Notes: generated from the sequence alone by a model not told the origin. Positions 36,548 to 44,820 are shown, numbered from the stretch's first letter. The stretch: 64,000 nt of DNA from Candidatus Micrarchaeia archaeon (GCA_049976845.1 JBMFHL010000001.1:1-64000), one strand, 5' to 3'. Translations and numbers: made by a program.

Positions 36548-37298
36548 AATATTTCTTCAAAGATTCTTCTTCTGCAAAGTTAGGATTTGAGGGTATGATT
36601 AAAGATATTACTTTGCCTGCAAACCTGCCGCTTTCCTTGGCGAGTATATCCTTATCGGCAAATGCAATCTCCTGGTTTTCTTTTCCTACATCTGCTAATA
36701 CAATTATCTTGTTGATTATTCTTACGCCTCTTTCCAATTCTGCTTTTTGGAGAAGCCCTAGTGCTTCCTCAAAACTCATTGCCCTTTCCTCTTTATAATT
36801 ATAATCAAGCAGCACGAGCGTATGCTCATTATTTTTCAGATTTTTCTCAATTACATCTATAAAAGAGATTGGTTTATATTTTTCGCTCCAGGACGGGATT
36901 GTTGTTGTAGGACCAAATCTGTATATATCTAATCCGCTTTCGCCTATTGCTGCTGTGAAGATGGATGCTGCGTGCAATACCTTTACATTTATGCCATTCC
37001 CCTTGGCCAAATCCAATATTGTGTGGTGTGTCGTTGCAATTAAGGGGTCCCCAGGGACAAGCAGTGCCACATCTTCTTCCTTCGCGCTCTTTATTGTTTC
37101 ACTTGCATTTTCTTCTAAATCGGATCTGCTAAGCTTAAATATTTTTTTATCTGCTTTGAATTCCAAATACGCTATATAATCGGCATTTATTCTATTTGTA
37201 TATGGATCCAACATCAGCTTTTCAGCTTTTTTAATAATTTCCATCGCCTTTTCTGAAATATCCCCTTTTTCAAGGCCGATGCCTATTAGAAACAGCAA
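36531..37298 (-). CDS. dph5: diphthine synthase
   Basis: LIGIGL, R.DLE, GDPLIATTH, GLDIYRFG.TTTIP and N..HTLVLLD motifs. Confidence 0.95.
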   Translation of the reverse strand: MLFLIGIGLEKGDISEKAMEIIKKAEKLMLDPYTNRINADYIAYLEFKADKKIFKLSRSDLEENASETIKSAKEEDVALLVPGDPLIATTHHTILDLAKGNGINVKVLHAASIFTAAIGESGLDIYRFGPTTTIPSWSEKYKPISFIDVIEKNLKNNEHTLVLLDYNYKEERAMSFEEALGLLQKAELERGVRIINKIIVLADVGKENQEIAFADKDILAKESGRFAGKVISLIIPSNPNFAEEESLKKYSISSI

Positions 37299-37307
37299 AC
37301 TTCCACC

Positions 37308-38264
37308 TTAGTCCCTTATCCCATCTGGTGTTATTTTTATAATGCATTCTCCTTCTGGCATGTTTGGAGAGTCAACAAGCCTTATTATCCTCTTATCCTC
37401 CTTTCCTTTTCTTATGTATAGCCTTGTGGTAGCTGCATGGGCTATTACATTGCCACCGACGGGGGTTGTAGGGTCTCCAAAAAGTATTGCAGGGTTATCC
37501 ATTACTTGATTAGTTATGTAAACAGCAAGGCTATGCTTATCTGCAATGCTCTGCAATTTGTGCAGATGTACATTTAACTTCTGCTGGCGCTCGCCTAGTG
37601 CTCCTCTCCCGATGAATTCTGAACGGAATAAAGCCATGAGCGAATCCACTATTATGAGCTTTATATTTTTTTCAGTTATGAGCTTGTCTGCACGCTCTAT
37701 TGTGAGTATCTGCTGCTCTGTTGTAGAAATGCGCACTGTAAAGATATTTTCTAATACTTTGCTAGGATCTAGACCAAGGGCCTTTGCTATGCTCTCTATT
37801 CTTTCTGGCCTAAAAGTGCCTTCGGTATCTAAGAATAATACCCCTCCCTCAAGCCCCCCCTTACTGAGTGGAAGCTGGACATTAACTGCCAACTGGAAGC
37901 CTATCTGACTCTTCCCAGCAGCATATCTACCATAAATTTCTGTGATGCCATTGGTTTCTATACCTCCACCGAGAAGTTCGTCAAATCCTTTCACACCTGT
38001 AGTTATCCTGCCCAATGCCTTTCTTTTCTCGTATACTGTAGTGGCTGTTTCGTATTCTACAGTTGTAGCCTGCTTCGCAGCATCAACAGCCTTCTTTGCT
38101 GCATCTACGCTTATACCTACAAGCTCGGAAAGATCGTGTGGGGCAGAAGTAGCAACCTTCTCTATCGTATCTATGCCTGCTTCCCTGAGTTTTTCTGCAG
38201 TTGTAGGCCCTATTCCTGGAAGGTCTTCTAGATCTTTGATACTCTTTTCTTTGTCTTTAGCCAT
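37308..38264 (-). CDS. radA: DNA repair and recombination protein RadA
   Basis: HhH LPGIGPTTAEKL, LLGGGIET, DTEGTFRPERI, FRSEFIGRGALGERQQ and TNQV motifs. Confidence 0.97.
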   Translation of the reverse strand: MAKDKEKSIKDLEDLPGIGPTTAEKLREAGIDTIEKVATSAPHDLSELVGISVDAAKKAVDAAKQATTVEYETATTVYEKRKALGRITTGVKGFDELLGGGIETNGITEIYGRYAAGKSQIGFQLAVNVQLPLSKGGLEGGVLFLDTEGTFRPERIESIAKALGLDPSKVLENIFTVRISTTEQQILTIERADKLITEKNIKLIIVDSLMALFRSEFIGRGALGERQQKLNVHLHKLQSIADKHSLAVYITNQVMDNPAILFGDPTTPVGGNVIAHAATTRLYIRKGKEDKRIIRLVDSPNMPEGECIIKITPDGIRD

Positions 38265-38316
38265 ATACCCCCAACTCAATTAATTATGGGAAAACAAGAA
38301 ATATAACTCTTTTGAA

Positions 38317-39210
38317 TCAAATCAGAAATGCCTTGGCTTCATTAACAACCTTTTTTGCAGGAAAATTCTTTTTGGAATAGAGGGAATGCCCTGCACCTTT
38401 TATAACTATGACTTTCTTCGTGAATTTGTTTTCCTTAAGTCTAGCCGCAGCCAAGCCGATGCTTATTACTCCTTTCATATACTCATCGTTGGATCCGAAT
38501 ATTGCTATTATTGGAATTTTTATTGATTTGAATTCTGCAAGATCCCGCTTATAATCCAGCAACTTGCCCTCTATACTCTTTTCTTCGGCTGTGCTCAAAA
38601 ATCTCAGAGCTGATATTGGCCATTGGTCTTTTGGAAGCAACTTTTTGGGCATTATTGCATATAAATCTTTACTTACTAGCCTGTTAGCTATCAATATATT
38701 TTTATGAAAATTCTTGTGGGATTTCTGATGATTTTTGATATCATAGTTCCTATCATCTACAGGGCTAAGCAAGACCAATCCTTTTACCATCTTTGCTATT
38801 GGCTTTTTGCTGTTTTTGTAAAGGAAATAAATTGATTTTTGACAACCGGTACTCTTTCCTATCAGTATGACTTTCCTAAATCCTAGCTTTTTGAGAAGGG
38901 AAAGAGCGCCATAGATGTCATATTGGGAATCTTCAAACTGCTCGAATGCGGCTCCGGATAGTATCGAAGCTTTTTTTCCTTCATATCCGAGCTCGTCTGC
39001 AATATGACTACCGCGCTGCTGCATGGCAAAAAAGGCCATACCCTTTGCACAGGCTTCTTTACCCACTGCAAGGATTGATTTTGAGTAGAAATTGCCTCCC
39101 AATCCATGAAGATAGAGCATTGCAGAGCTCGCTGGTTTTTTAGGGGTAAAAAGTATGCCTGCAAGGGCAATGCCATCTCGTGCCTTAAAAAACACAATTT
39201 TTGTATCCAT
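38317..39210 (-). CDS. alpha/beta hydrolase (DUF1749-like)
   Basis: HGLGGNF, nucleophile elbow GKSTG, G..DEY and GAGH motifs. Confidence 0.85.
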   Translation of the reverse strand: MDTKIVFFKARDGIALAGILFTPKKPASSAMLYLHGLGGNFYSKSILAVGKEACAKGMAFFAMQQRGSHIADELGYEGKKASILSGAAFEQFEDSQYDIYGALSLLKKLGFRKVILIGKSTGCQKSIYFLYKNSKKPIAKMVKGLVLLSPVDDRNYDIKNHQKSHKNFHKNILIANRLVSKDLYAIMPKKLLPKDQWPISALRFLSTAEEKSIEGKLLDYKRDLAEFKSIKIPIIAIFGSNDEYMKGVISIGLAAARLKENKFTKKVIVIKGAGHSLYSKKNFPAKKVVNEAKAFLI

Positions 39211-39280
39211 TGAACCACTAATGAATTAGAATGCAGGTTTTTATTTCTTCTTATTATAAAATAAACAGGGAGAGTTTATT

Positions 39281-39360
39281 AAAAAGGAAGAGGCCAGCAC
39301 ATTCGCATGCGCTGGCAAGGCGACCAGTTTTTCCCTTCCTACAGTAGAGAACCCGTAGTA
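39281..39360 (-). ncRNA. candidate structured small RNA (about 80 nt)
   Basis: Helices AGGAAGGG/CTCTTCCT and GCCAGCGCAT-GCGA-ATGTGCTGGC with G.U wobbles only on the minus strand, an upstream TTTAAAAA box and a downstream T-tract. Confidence 0.45.
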
Positions 39361-39442
39361 TTATATAATAACTTATATTTTTAAACCTTCCTTTTTAGTG
39401 GAATTTTCCAAAAATATGAAATTTAGAAGAGAGAAAGATTGA

Positions 39443-40105
39443 ATGAAAAGCTTCCTTACGCTTGACAAAAAAGGTATCACAGTGGCATTGGTATTTGCAG
39501 TATTTATTGTGCTGCTTGGCAGAGCTGAAGGGCCTTATCTGCTTGCTGTACTTATCTTTTTCTTGATTCTTTCTGCACTAGTAACAAATATTGGCAAAAG
39601 AAGGAAGAAGGCTGTTGGAGTGTATGAAAGAAGCCGAGGATGGAAGAATGTGCTTGCTAATGGCGCAATGCCTGTTTTGATTACGGCTTTTTATTTTTTG
39701 AACAGCTATTGGCATATATTTCCACAGGCAATGCTAATTGTAGGCTATTTGGCAAGTGTTAGCGCCGTAACTGCTGACAAGTTCGCAAGCGAGATAGGGG
39801 TATTGGATGGCAAGCCATTGATATTGGTCACCTTGAAACGGGCAAAGCAAGGCACTTCAGGAGGCGTTTCTACCCTTGGACTTGGAGCAGGTTTGCTGGC
39901 ATCACTCTTAATAGCCTTGACCATTGTTTTCTACACTTTTTCATTTGAGTGGCTTGTAATAGTTATTCTTGCAGGTTTTATAGGGAACATTGCTGATTCT
40001 ATATTTGGATATTTTGAGGAGCAGGGTTTTGGCAGTAAGTTTACCACCAATTTCATCTGCTCCTTTGTTGGATTTTTAGTAGGAATCGCTTTATTTGCAA
40101 TATAG
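39443..40105 (+). CDS. DUF92/TMEM19 membrane protein
   Basis: RGWKNVLANG, ADKFASEIG, GTSGGVS..G and DSIFG motifs. Confidence 0.92.
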   Translation: MKSFLTLDKKGITVALVFAVFIVLLGRAEGPYLLAVLIFFLILSALVTNIGKRRKKAVGVYERSRGWKNVLANGAMPVLITAFYFLNSYWHIFPQAMLIVGYLASVSAVTADKFASEIGVLDGKPLILVTLKRAKQGTSGGVSTLGLGAGLLASLLIALTIVFYTFSFEWLVIVILAGFIGNIADSIFGYFEEQGFGSKFTTNFICSFVGFLVGIALFAI

Positions 40106-40230
40106 GGTTTTAATGGCGAGTAGTGTAGGTTAACTTGAATGCCTTAGCTTATAATATTCATGACTAGCAAGATGCCCGTAATGTTTTGAAAGCTGTTCGC
40201 ACACAGCCAGAAGGTTGAAGAAGGTGTACT

Positions 40231-41025
40231 TCAGAGCTTGAGGATTTTAGGCTTGATAAGCTCTATTATTATTGCCTGAGGCACTTTTGAAAGCTTCTTA
40301 TAGCGCTCTGGATTCACTTTTTTGAGAGATTTTAGTGGCTCTGGCTCGAGGACGCTTTTTATTACAAAACCTGCATTCAGCGAATCCATTATCAAATGAG
40401 AGAAGGTTTTCGGGTAGAACTTTACAACATGCCTCTTGAACCACTCGCCCCCTTTTATGCCTTGCTTGAAATAATCACCTATTACCTCATATTTGCCGTT
40501 TCTGTTTATATACCCAAAAAGCTCGGAATGCGCGTTTGGTCCTTCGTTCTTTCTTACAAGTATATCGTATATAGGGTGGGTATTTGAGAATATAAACCTT
40601 CCACCGGGCTTAAGCACCCTGTACGCCTCTTTCATCGCAGGCCCCATATCTTTAAGGTAGTGGAGCACAAGATCAGCGTATACCAAATCGAATTTGCCAC
40701 TTTCAAAATCGAGCTTTGCGGCGGACATTACGTAAAACTCTATGTTTTTGTGTAATTTTCTCGCAATGTCAACCATGCTCCTTGAAATATCTGTGCCTAT
40801 TACTTCTTTTGCCCCTTTCTTCTTCATGAAAGAGCATTCGTTTCCGGTCCCACATCCTATGCACAAGACCCTCTTATCCCTTACATTGCCTATTATTTTA
40901 TGCATTGCTGGCTTGTCTTCATACAGATGAAAAAGGTCTCTTTTCGATGCTTCATAGTATTTTTCAACAAATTCTCTGCTTTCATAAACTTCTTTTGAAA
41001 GCTGTTCTTTGTTTTTTGATGCCAT
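40231..41025 (-). CDS. class I SAM-dependent methyltransferase
   Basis: VLCIGCGTG, DIS..M, FDLV, LHY and RVLKPGG motifs. Confidence 0.92.
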   Translation of the reverse strand: MASKNKEQLSKEVYESREFVEKYYEASKRDLFHLYEDKPAMHKIIGNVRDKRVLCIGCGTGNECSFMKKKGAKEVIGTDISRSMVDIARKLHKNIEFYVMSAAKLDFESGKFDLVYADLVLHYLKDMGPAMKEAYRVLKPGGRFIFSNTHPIYDILVRKNEGPNAHSELFGYINRNGKYEVIGDYFKQGIKGGEWFKRHVVKFYPKTFSHLIMDSLNAGFVIKSVLEPEPLKSLKKVNPERYKKLSKVPQAIIIELIKPKILKL

Positions 41026-41204
41026 GCAAACACAGAACAAGATAGGAAAAGAGAGATTTTATTCCTTGCGCTATGCTATTGTTAGAGGGGTTTTAGTGAA
41101 GAGGTTTATTTTTTATTATATTAGAGAGTATATGGCCAAAAGGTGATACCGAGCTATAGCTCAAGGAGCATGAGCTATGAAATAATTTTATCGTTTATAT
41201 TGTA

Positions 41205-41290
41205 TGCGCTAGCCGGGATTTGAACCCGGATTGCGAGCTTATTCCTTGGCTTGGGAAGCTCGTATCTTAACCAGATTGGATCACCAGCGC
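41205..41290 (-). tRNA. tRNA-Gly(CCC) with a 12-nt intron at 37/38 (41240-41251)
   Basis: Reverse complement: GCGCTGG...CGAGC-TT-CCC-A[AGCCAAGGAATA]A-GCTCG...CCGGG-TTCAAAT-CCCGG-CTAGCGC-A. Confidence 0.93.
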
Positions 41291-41316
41291 ATGTGACAAT
41301 TTTGCCGATACTATGT

Positions 41317-42081
41317 TTATCTTATGTATGTGAGGTTTTCCTTGCTGGGTTGGCCCGCGCCTTTAACTGCTTCTTCTATGTTTTTAAGGACCTTTTCCGT
41401 TTCTTTCTTTACCTTTTCCATATTTGCCAAGTCTATTTTTATTCCAAGGAGCTTTGAAATCACTTCCAATACTGTCTTTGCGGAATTCGCATCAACATCG
41501 ATAAGGCCAGTTTCTCCCATGATGCATGCTGCATCTAGTTTATATTTCTTTGCAAATTCTAATATAAGGCCTGCCGACCCCCATATTGCACCGGTAGCCT
41601 GGCCAAAGAGTATGTTGTATTTTTTGAGCTCTTCTATATATTTCAGGCTTGTTGCTACTCCAAACACCCTTGGATTTTGAACATATTGATCTGCTATGTT
41701 ATATCCGCCTATTGTTATTACCTTTTTACCTCCTAGGAAGGTAAAGAATTTTATTATCTTTTCATTGACTTCGTATTGACCTTCTGTAGTTACAGCCTGA
41801 GCATCACCAAGCAAAAGTACTATATCGCTTGAATTTTTGGATTTTGATGGATTCTTCCAATAGTAAAATCTATTATTTACCAAACGGGATTTGCCATTGC
41901 TAAGCATCAATACTTGATGTGGAAAGTGTGGGGATAGTAATGTTGCGAATTTTTGGGCCTTAAGCTCGTTTTTGAGATGCTCCCCCACTAGGCTGCCCAC
42001 ACTACCTATGCCAGGTAAGCCTACAATTAGTATTGGATTCCTGAGCTTTATTTTTTTGTAGTATATTTTTGTTTTCTCCAT
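41317..42081 (-). CDS. PAC2-family proteasome assembly chaperone (COG2047-like)
   Basis: GLPGIGSVG, SPHFPHQV, GDAQ, TIGGY, MGET and terminal YIR; conserved position after aIF2-alpha. Confidence 0.9.
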   Translation of the reverse strand: MEKTKIYYKKIKLRNPILIVGLPGIGSVGSLVGEHLKNELKAQKFATLLSPHFPHQVLMLSNGKSRLVNNRFYYWKNPSKSKNSSDIVLLLGDAQAVTTEGQYEVNEKIIKFFTFLGGKKVITIGGYNIADQYVQNPRVFGVATSLKYIEELKKYNILFGQATGAIWGSAGLILEFAKKYKLDAACIMGETGLIDVDANSAKTVLEVISKLLGIKIDLANMEKVKKETEKVLKNIEEAVKGAGQPSKENLTYIR

Positions 42082-42083
42082 GC

Positions 42084-42845
42084 TTATTCCTTCTCCTTTT
42101 TCAACTCAACGACTCCCCCTATCGACTTTATCTCTTTATTAAGTAAATCCTGCGCTTTTTTTATCCTATTTTCAGCATCAGGAAAGTTTGAATCCTCTGA
42201 AGTAAATTTGTAATGAGGGGCGCCCAAGTAAAGCACATTTACCCCTAGCTTAGAAACGTCGTTAAGCAGCTTTTTTATCTTATTTATTCCATCCTTTGTA
42301 TCATATACAAGTATTTTTGCAGTATATGCCACTTTGTACCTCTTCGGCTTGACATTCTTTGCCACTATTTCAGATAGCGCGGACTTGAAGTTACTATCTA
42401 CATTCCCTATATCCTTACCCTCCGAAACGCTTTCGATTATTTCGGAATAAGAGATAAAGGTACTTGAAAGGGTCTTTTCTATCTCCGCTTCCTGCGCTTC
42501 CTTCTTTGCGGCGACTATTGCTTGCTTGAATAGTTTCTCAGATCTTTTTTCTGTATTATACGAGTCTATCTTTTCTTTCTCTTCTTTCTTACTAACTTTT
42601 TTTAGTGATATGTCTACTGCCCTCTTCTCATGGTCTACAAATATAACTTTAGCTACAGCCTGCTGCCCTTCTCTTATGAATTCGTGTATATTCTTAATCC
42701 ATCCTGGGGCAACTTCTTTTATGGGCAGATACGCTTCTATGTTTTTGTATTCAACAAATTCACAGTATGCTCCGAAAGGCATTACTTTTTTTATTTTTAC
42801 TAAGACTATTTCTCCATTTTCAGGAAGTTCTTTATGCGTAAACAT
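42084..42845 (-). CDS. eif2a: translation initiation factor aIF2 alpha
   Basis: LPE.GE.V S1 domain, EVAPGWIKNI, VDISLKKV and Y.GAP.Y motifs. Confidence 0.95.
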   Translation of the reverse strand: MFTHKELPENGEIVLVKIKKVMPFGAYCEFVEYKNIEAYLPIKEVAPGWIKNIHEFIREGQQAVAKVIFVDHEKRAVDISLKKVSKKEEKEKIDSYNTEKRSEKLFKQAIVAAKKEAQEAEIEKTLSSTFISYSEIIESVSEGKDIGNVDSNFKSALSEIVAKNVKPKRYKVAYTAKILVYDTKDGINKIKKLLNDVSKLGVNVLYLGAPHYKFTSEDSNFPDAENRIKKAQDLLNKEIKSIGGVVELKKEKE

Positions 42846-42850
42846 TCAGA

Positions 42851-43132
42851 TCAGCGTTTTATTTCTACCTTCTTTTTTGTCCTTTTGCCAAGGACCCTCT
42901 CTATGCTTTTGTTACATACTGTGCATGTCAGCAAAACTTTTTGCTTTTTTCCTAGCTTCTTTGGATGTGCTTTTGGCTCGACACTGCCTACATGACCTTT
43001 TATTGCCCTTGCGTGCCTTCTTGAACCTACATTTAGCCAGCGCTCAGGCTTTTTTGAATATATTTTTACTGTATGTTTTGTATGCTTGTTGCAATATGGG
43101 CAGTAAGCCATTACCTCTTTTTGTATCTTCAT
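42851..43132 (-). CDS. rpl44e: 50S ribosomal protein L44e
   Basis: YCPYCNKHTKHTV and K..KK....L.C..C.K motifs. Confidence 0.95.
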   Translation of the reverse strand: MKIQKEVMAYCPYCNKHTKHTVKIYSKKPERWLNVGSRRHARAIKGHVGSVEPKAHPKKLGKKQKVLLTCTVCNKSIERVLGKRTKKKVEIKR

Positions 43133-43141
43133 CAAATCACT

Positions 43142-43621
43142 TCAATTTACTATTTCTCCGAGTTTATTCTTTAATATGAAGTCTGTGTCATTTTCATCTT
43201 CTACTTCTATCGTTTGGTTTTGCTTGAAAGGCCCGAGTTTGTTTCCTTTTGGTGTAATTACTTCTGGTATATCTGAGAGTATTTTTACTCTCTTTAATGA
43301 AGGCTTCGTTGTACTTTCTGAAAGCATATTTTTAATTTTATTATAAATTTCTTCCTCTTCTGCTGTAGAGTAAGAAGGTAATTGTTTATTATATGCAATG
43401 TATATTAAAATCTTTTGCATTCTCCGCTCTTTTAGTATATTTAAAAGTTTCCTGAAGTTGTTTATATACTGCGTTTTTTGTGGATCTTTTTGCTGATTTT
43501 CTATGTTTTTTATGTATGTTTCTGCATCTTCAAAGAAGTTTTTAGGCAATGGCAATATTTCTCCTGTTTTCTTTTCCGCTTGCACTTTTTCGAATAAGAG
43601 TTCAGGAGAAATTTCTTCCAT
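43142..43621 (-). CDS. gins51: GINS subunit (Gins51/Gins15-type)
   Basis: L..LP.NF, RR..KI, EEE.IY A-domain plus V.IL.DIP....G...GPF B-domain; lies upstream of rpl44e. Confidence 0.85.
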   Translation of the reverse strand: MEEISPELLFEKVQAEKKTGEILPLPKNFFEDAETYIKNIENQQKDPQKTQYINNFRKLLNILKERRMQKILIYIAYNKQLPSYSTAEEEEIYNKIKNMLSESTTKPSLKRVKILSDIPEVITPKGNKLGPFKQNQTIEVEDENDTDFILKNKLGEIVN

Positions 43622-43667
43622 GGCAATACCTGTATATATTTCAACCGCAAAGCAAATAAACTAAATG

Positions 43668-43781
43668 CACCACCCTATACTTCCACTATTCGCTCTCTTT
43701 TATATATATAATAAAAAATAAATTATAAAACTTTGTTATAATTGCTTTTTTACAGAATAAAAAAATAGTGGAACTGTGGTG
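43668..43781. repeat. nested inverted repeat around an AT-rich core (candidate replication origin or terminus)
   Basis: Arms TTCCACTATT (43681-43690) / AATAGTGGAA (43764-43773), outer CACCAC/GTGGTG, and inner AATTATAA-N7-TTATAATT (43721-43743). Confidence 0.6.
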
Positions 43782-43782
43782 T

Positions 43783-43857
43783 TAGCGAGGGATGGATTTG
43801 AACCACCGATCTCCGGGTTATGAGCCCGGCGGGCACTCCATGCTACCCTACCTCGCT
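43783..43857 (-). tRNA. initiator tRNA-Met(CAT)
   Basis: Reverse complement: AGCGAGG...CCGGG-CTCATAA-CCCGG...CCTCGCT-A. Has the A1-U72 pair and three G-C pairs in the anticodon stem. Confidence 0.95.
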
Positions 43858-44616
43858 TTAAGCATAAGTAACAGCTTCTTTTTCAACTATTCTCTCAGCA
43901 TCTTCCCTGCTTATCCTGACAAGTTTTCCTCCGCAATCGCACTTAAAATTCATCTCCATCGCAGTTTCAAAAGGGAATAGGGTCCTCTGCTTCTCAAAAC
44001 AAGCTTCACAAATGAAAAAATCATTGCAGTTATCTGGCAATATATATGCAGAATTTTTAACTTCGGTTAGTAAGTTTTCTTTAACCTTTTTAATATTTTC
44101 AAAATTTATATACCATTTAAATGTAAGCCAACCCTTACTATCTTTATTTGTATCATATTTGGCAATACCATAAGTATTAAGCGTATTTAAAATCCTCCTA
44201 ACCTCATTTATCTTTATATTCAGTGAAGTAGAGAGGTCATCATCAGTTTGTGGTTCCCTTAATGCAGACAATATATCCAAAGCCCTCTTGCCAACAGCCT
44301 TTACAATATAATTAGAAAAACTATTGTCTTTTATCATCTCATCAATAAGTGATGCATTATAAGAAGCCTTTGCTTCAGCTTCTATCAACCTATTTTTTTC
44401 CAAAGAAAGCTTCTTTTTATCTATAGCAACCTTTTTACTTATCTTATTTGATCTATTGGAAAGTTTGTGGTTAATGGACCTGTAACCTTTTCTAATATTC
44501 ATAGACTTAGGTGCAATATGCCTCTTATTCATTTTTTTAGAGCCAGAGCTCTGCTTTTTATGTGAAAAATGACGAGTTACCTTCTTTTTTATTTTTGATT
44601 TAGACAAGAGCATCAC
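43858..44616 (-). CDS. tfe: transcription factor E alpha with a basic N-terminal extension
   Basis: TDDDLS..L.IKINEVRRILN.L...G...Y..KD..GW..F.W wHTH and CEAC...FE.AME.NFKC.CGG.L Zn ribbon. Confidence 0.9.
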   Translation of the reverse strand: MMLLSKSKIKKKVTRHFSHKKQSSGSKKMNKRHIAPKSMNIRKGYRSINHKLSNRSNKISKKVAIDKKKLSLEKNRLIEAEAKASYNASLIDEMIKDNSFSNYIVKAVGKRALDILSALREPQTDDDLSTSLNIKINEVRRILNTLNTYGIAKYDTNKDSKGWLTFKWYINFENIKKVKENLLTEVKNSAYILPDNCNDFFICEACFEKQRTLFPFETAMEMNFKCDCGGKLVRISREDAERIVEKEAVTYA

Positions 44617-44745
44617 CTACCTTAAAGCAACACTATATTATATGTGGGTTTTAATATAAATATATTCCGTTTTTTAGAAAATTAAAATAAATAAAATAAC
44701 AAAATAAACACGTTTTTTGTATTTTAACTTTTTCTCAGAATATCT

Positions 44746-44820
44746 CGGGCCCGAGGGGATTTGAACCCCTGACTTACTGGTTAAGAGCCAGTCACTCTGA
44801 CCAAACTGAGTTACGGGCCC
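44746..44820 (-). tRNA. tRNA-Lys(CTT)
   Basis: Reverse complement: GGGCCCG...ACTGG-CTCTTAA-CCAGT...AGGGG-TTCAAAT-CCCCT-CGGGCCC-G. Confidence 0.96.

Noticed and set aside
41151..41178. GAGCTATAGCTC palindrome and ATAGCTCA/TGAGCTAT hairpin downstream of tRNA-Gly
   Set aside because: Single short element, plausibly a terminator or operator. No second copy or att-like tRNA duplication was seen.
44655..44740. Second AT-rich imperfect palindrome downstream of tRNA-Lys as an origin candidate
   Set aside because: It consists almost entirely of A/T runs, so pairing is expected by chance. It lacks distinctive arms and is explained by the tRNA terminator plus the tfe promoter.
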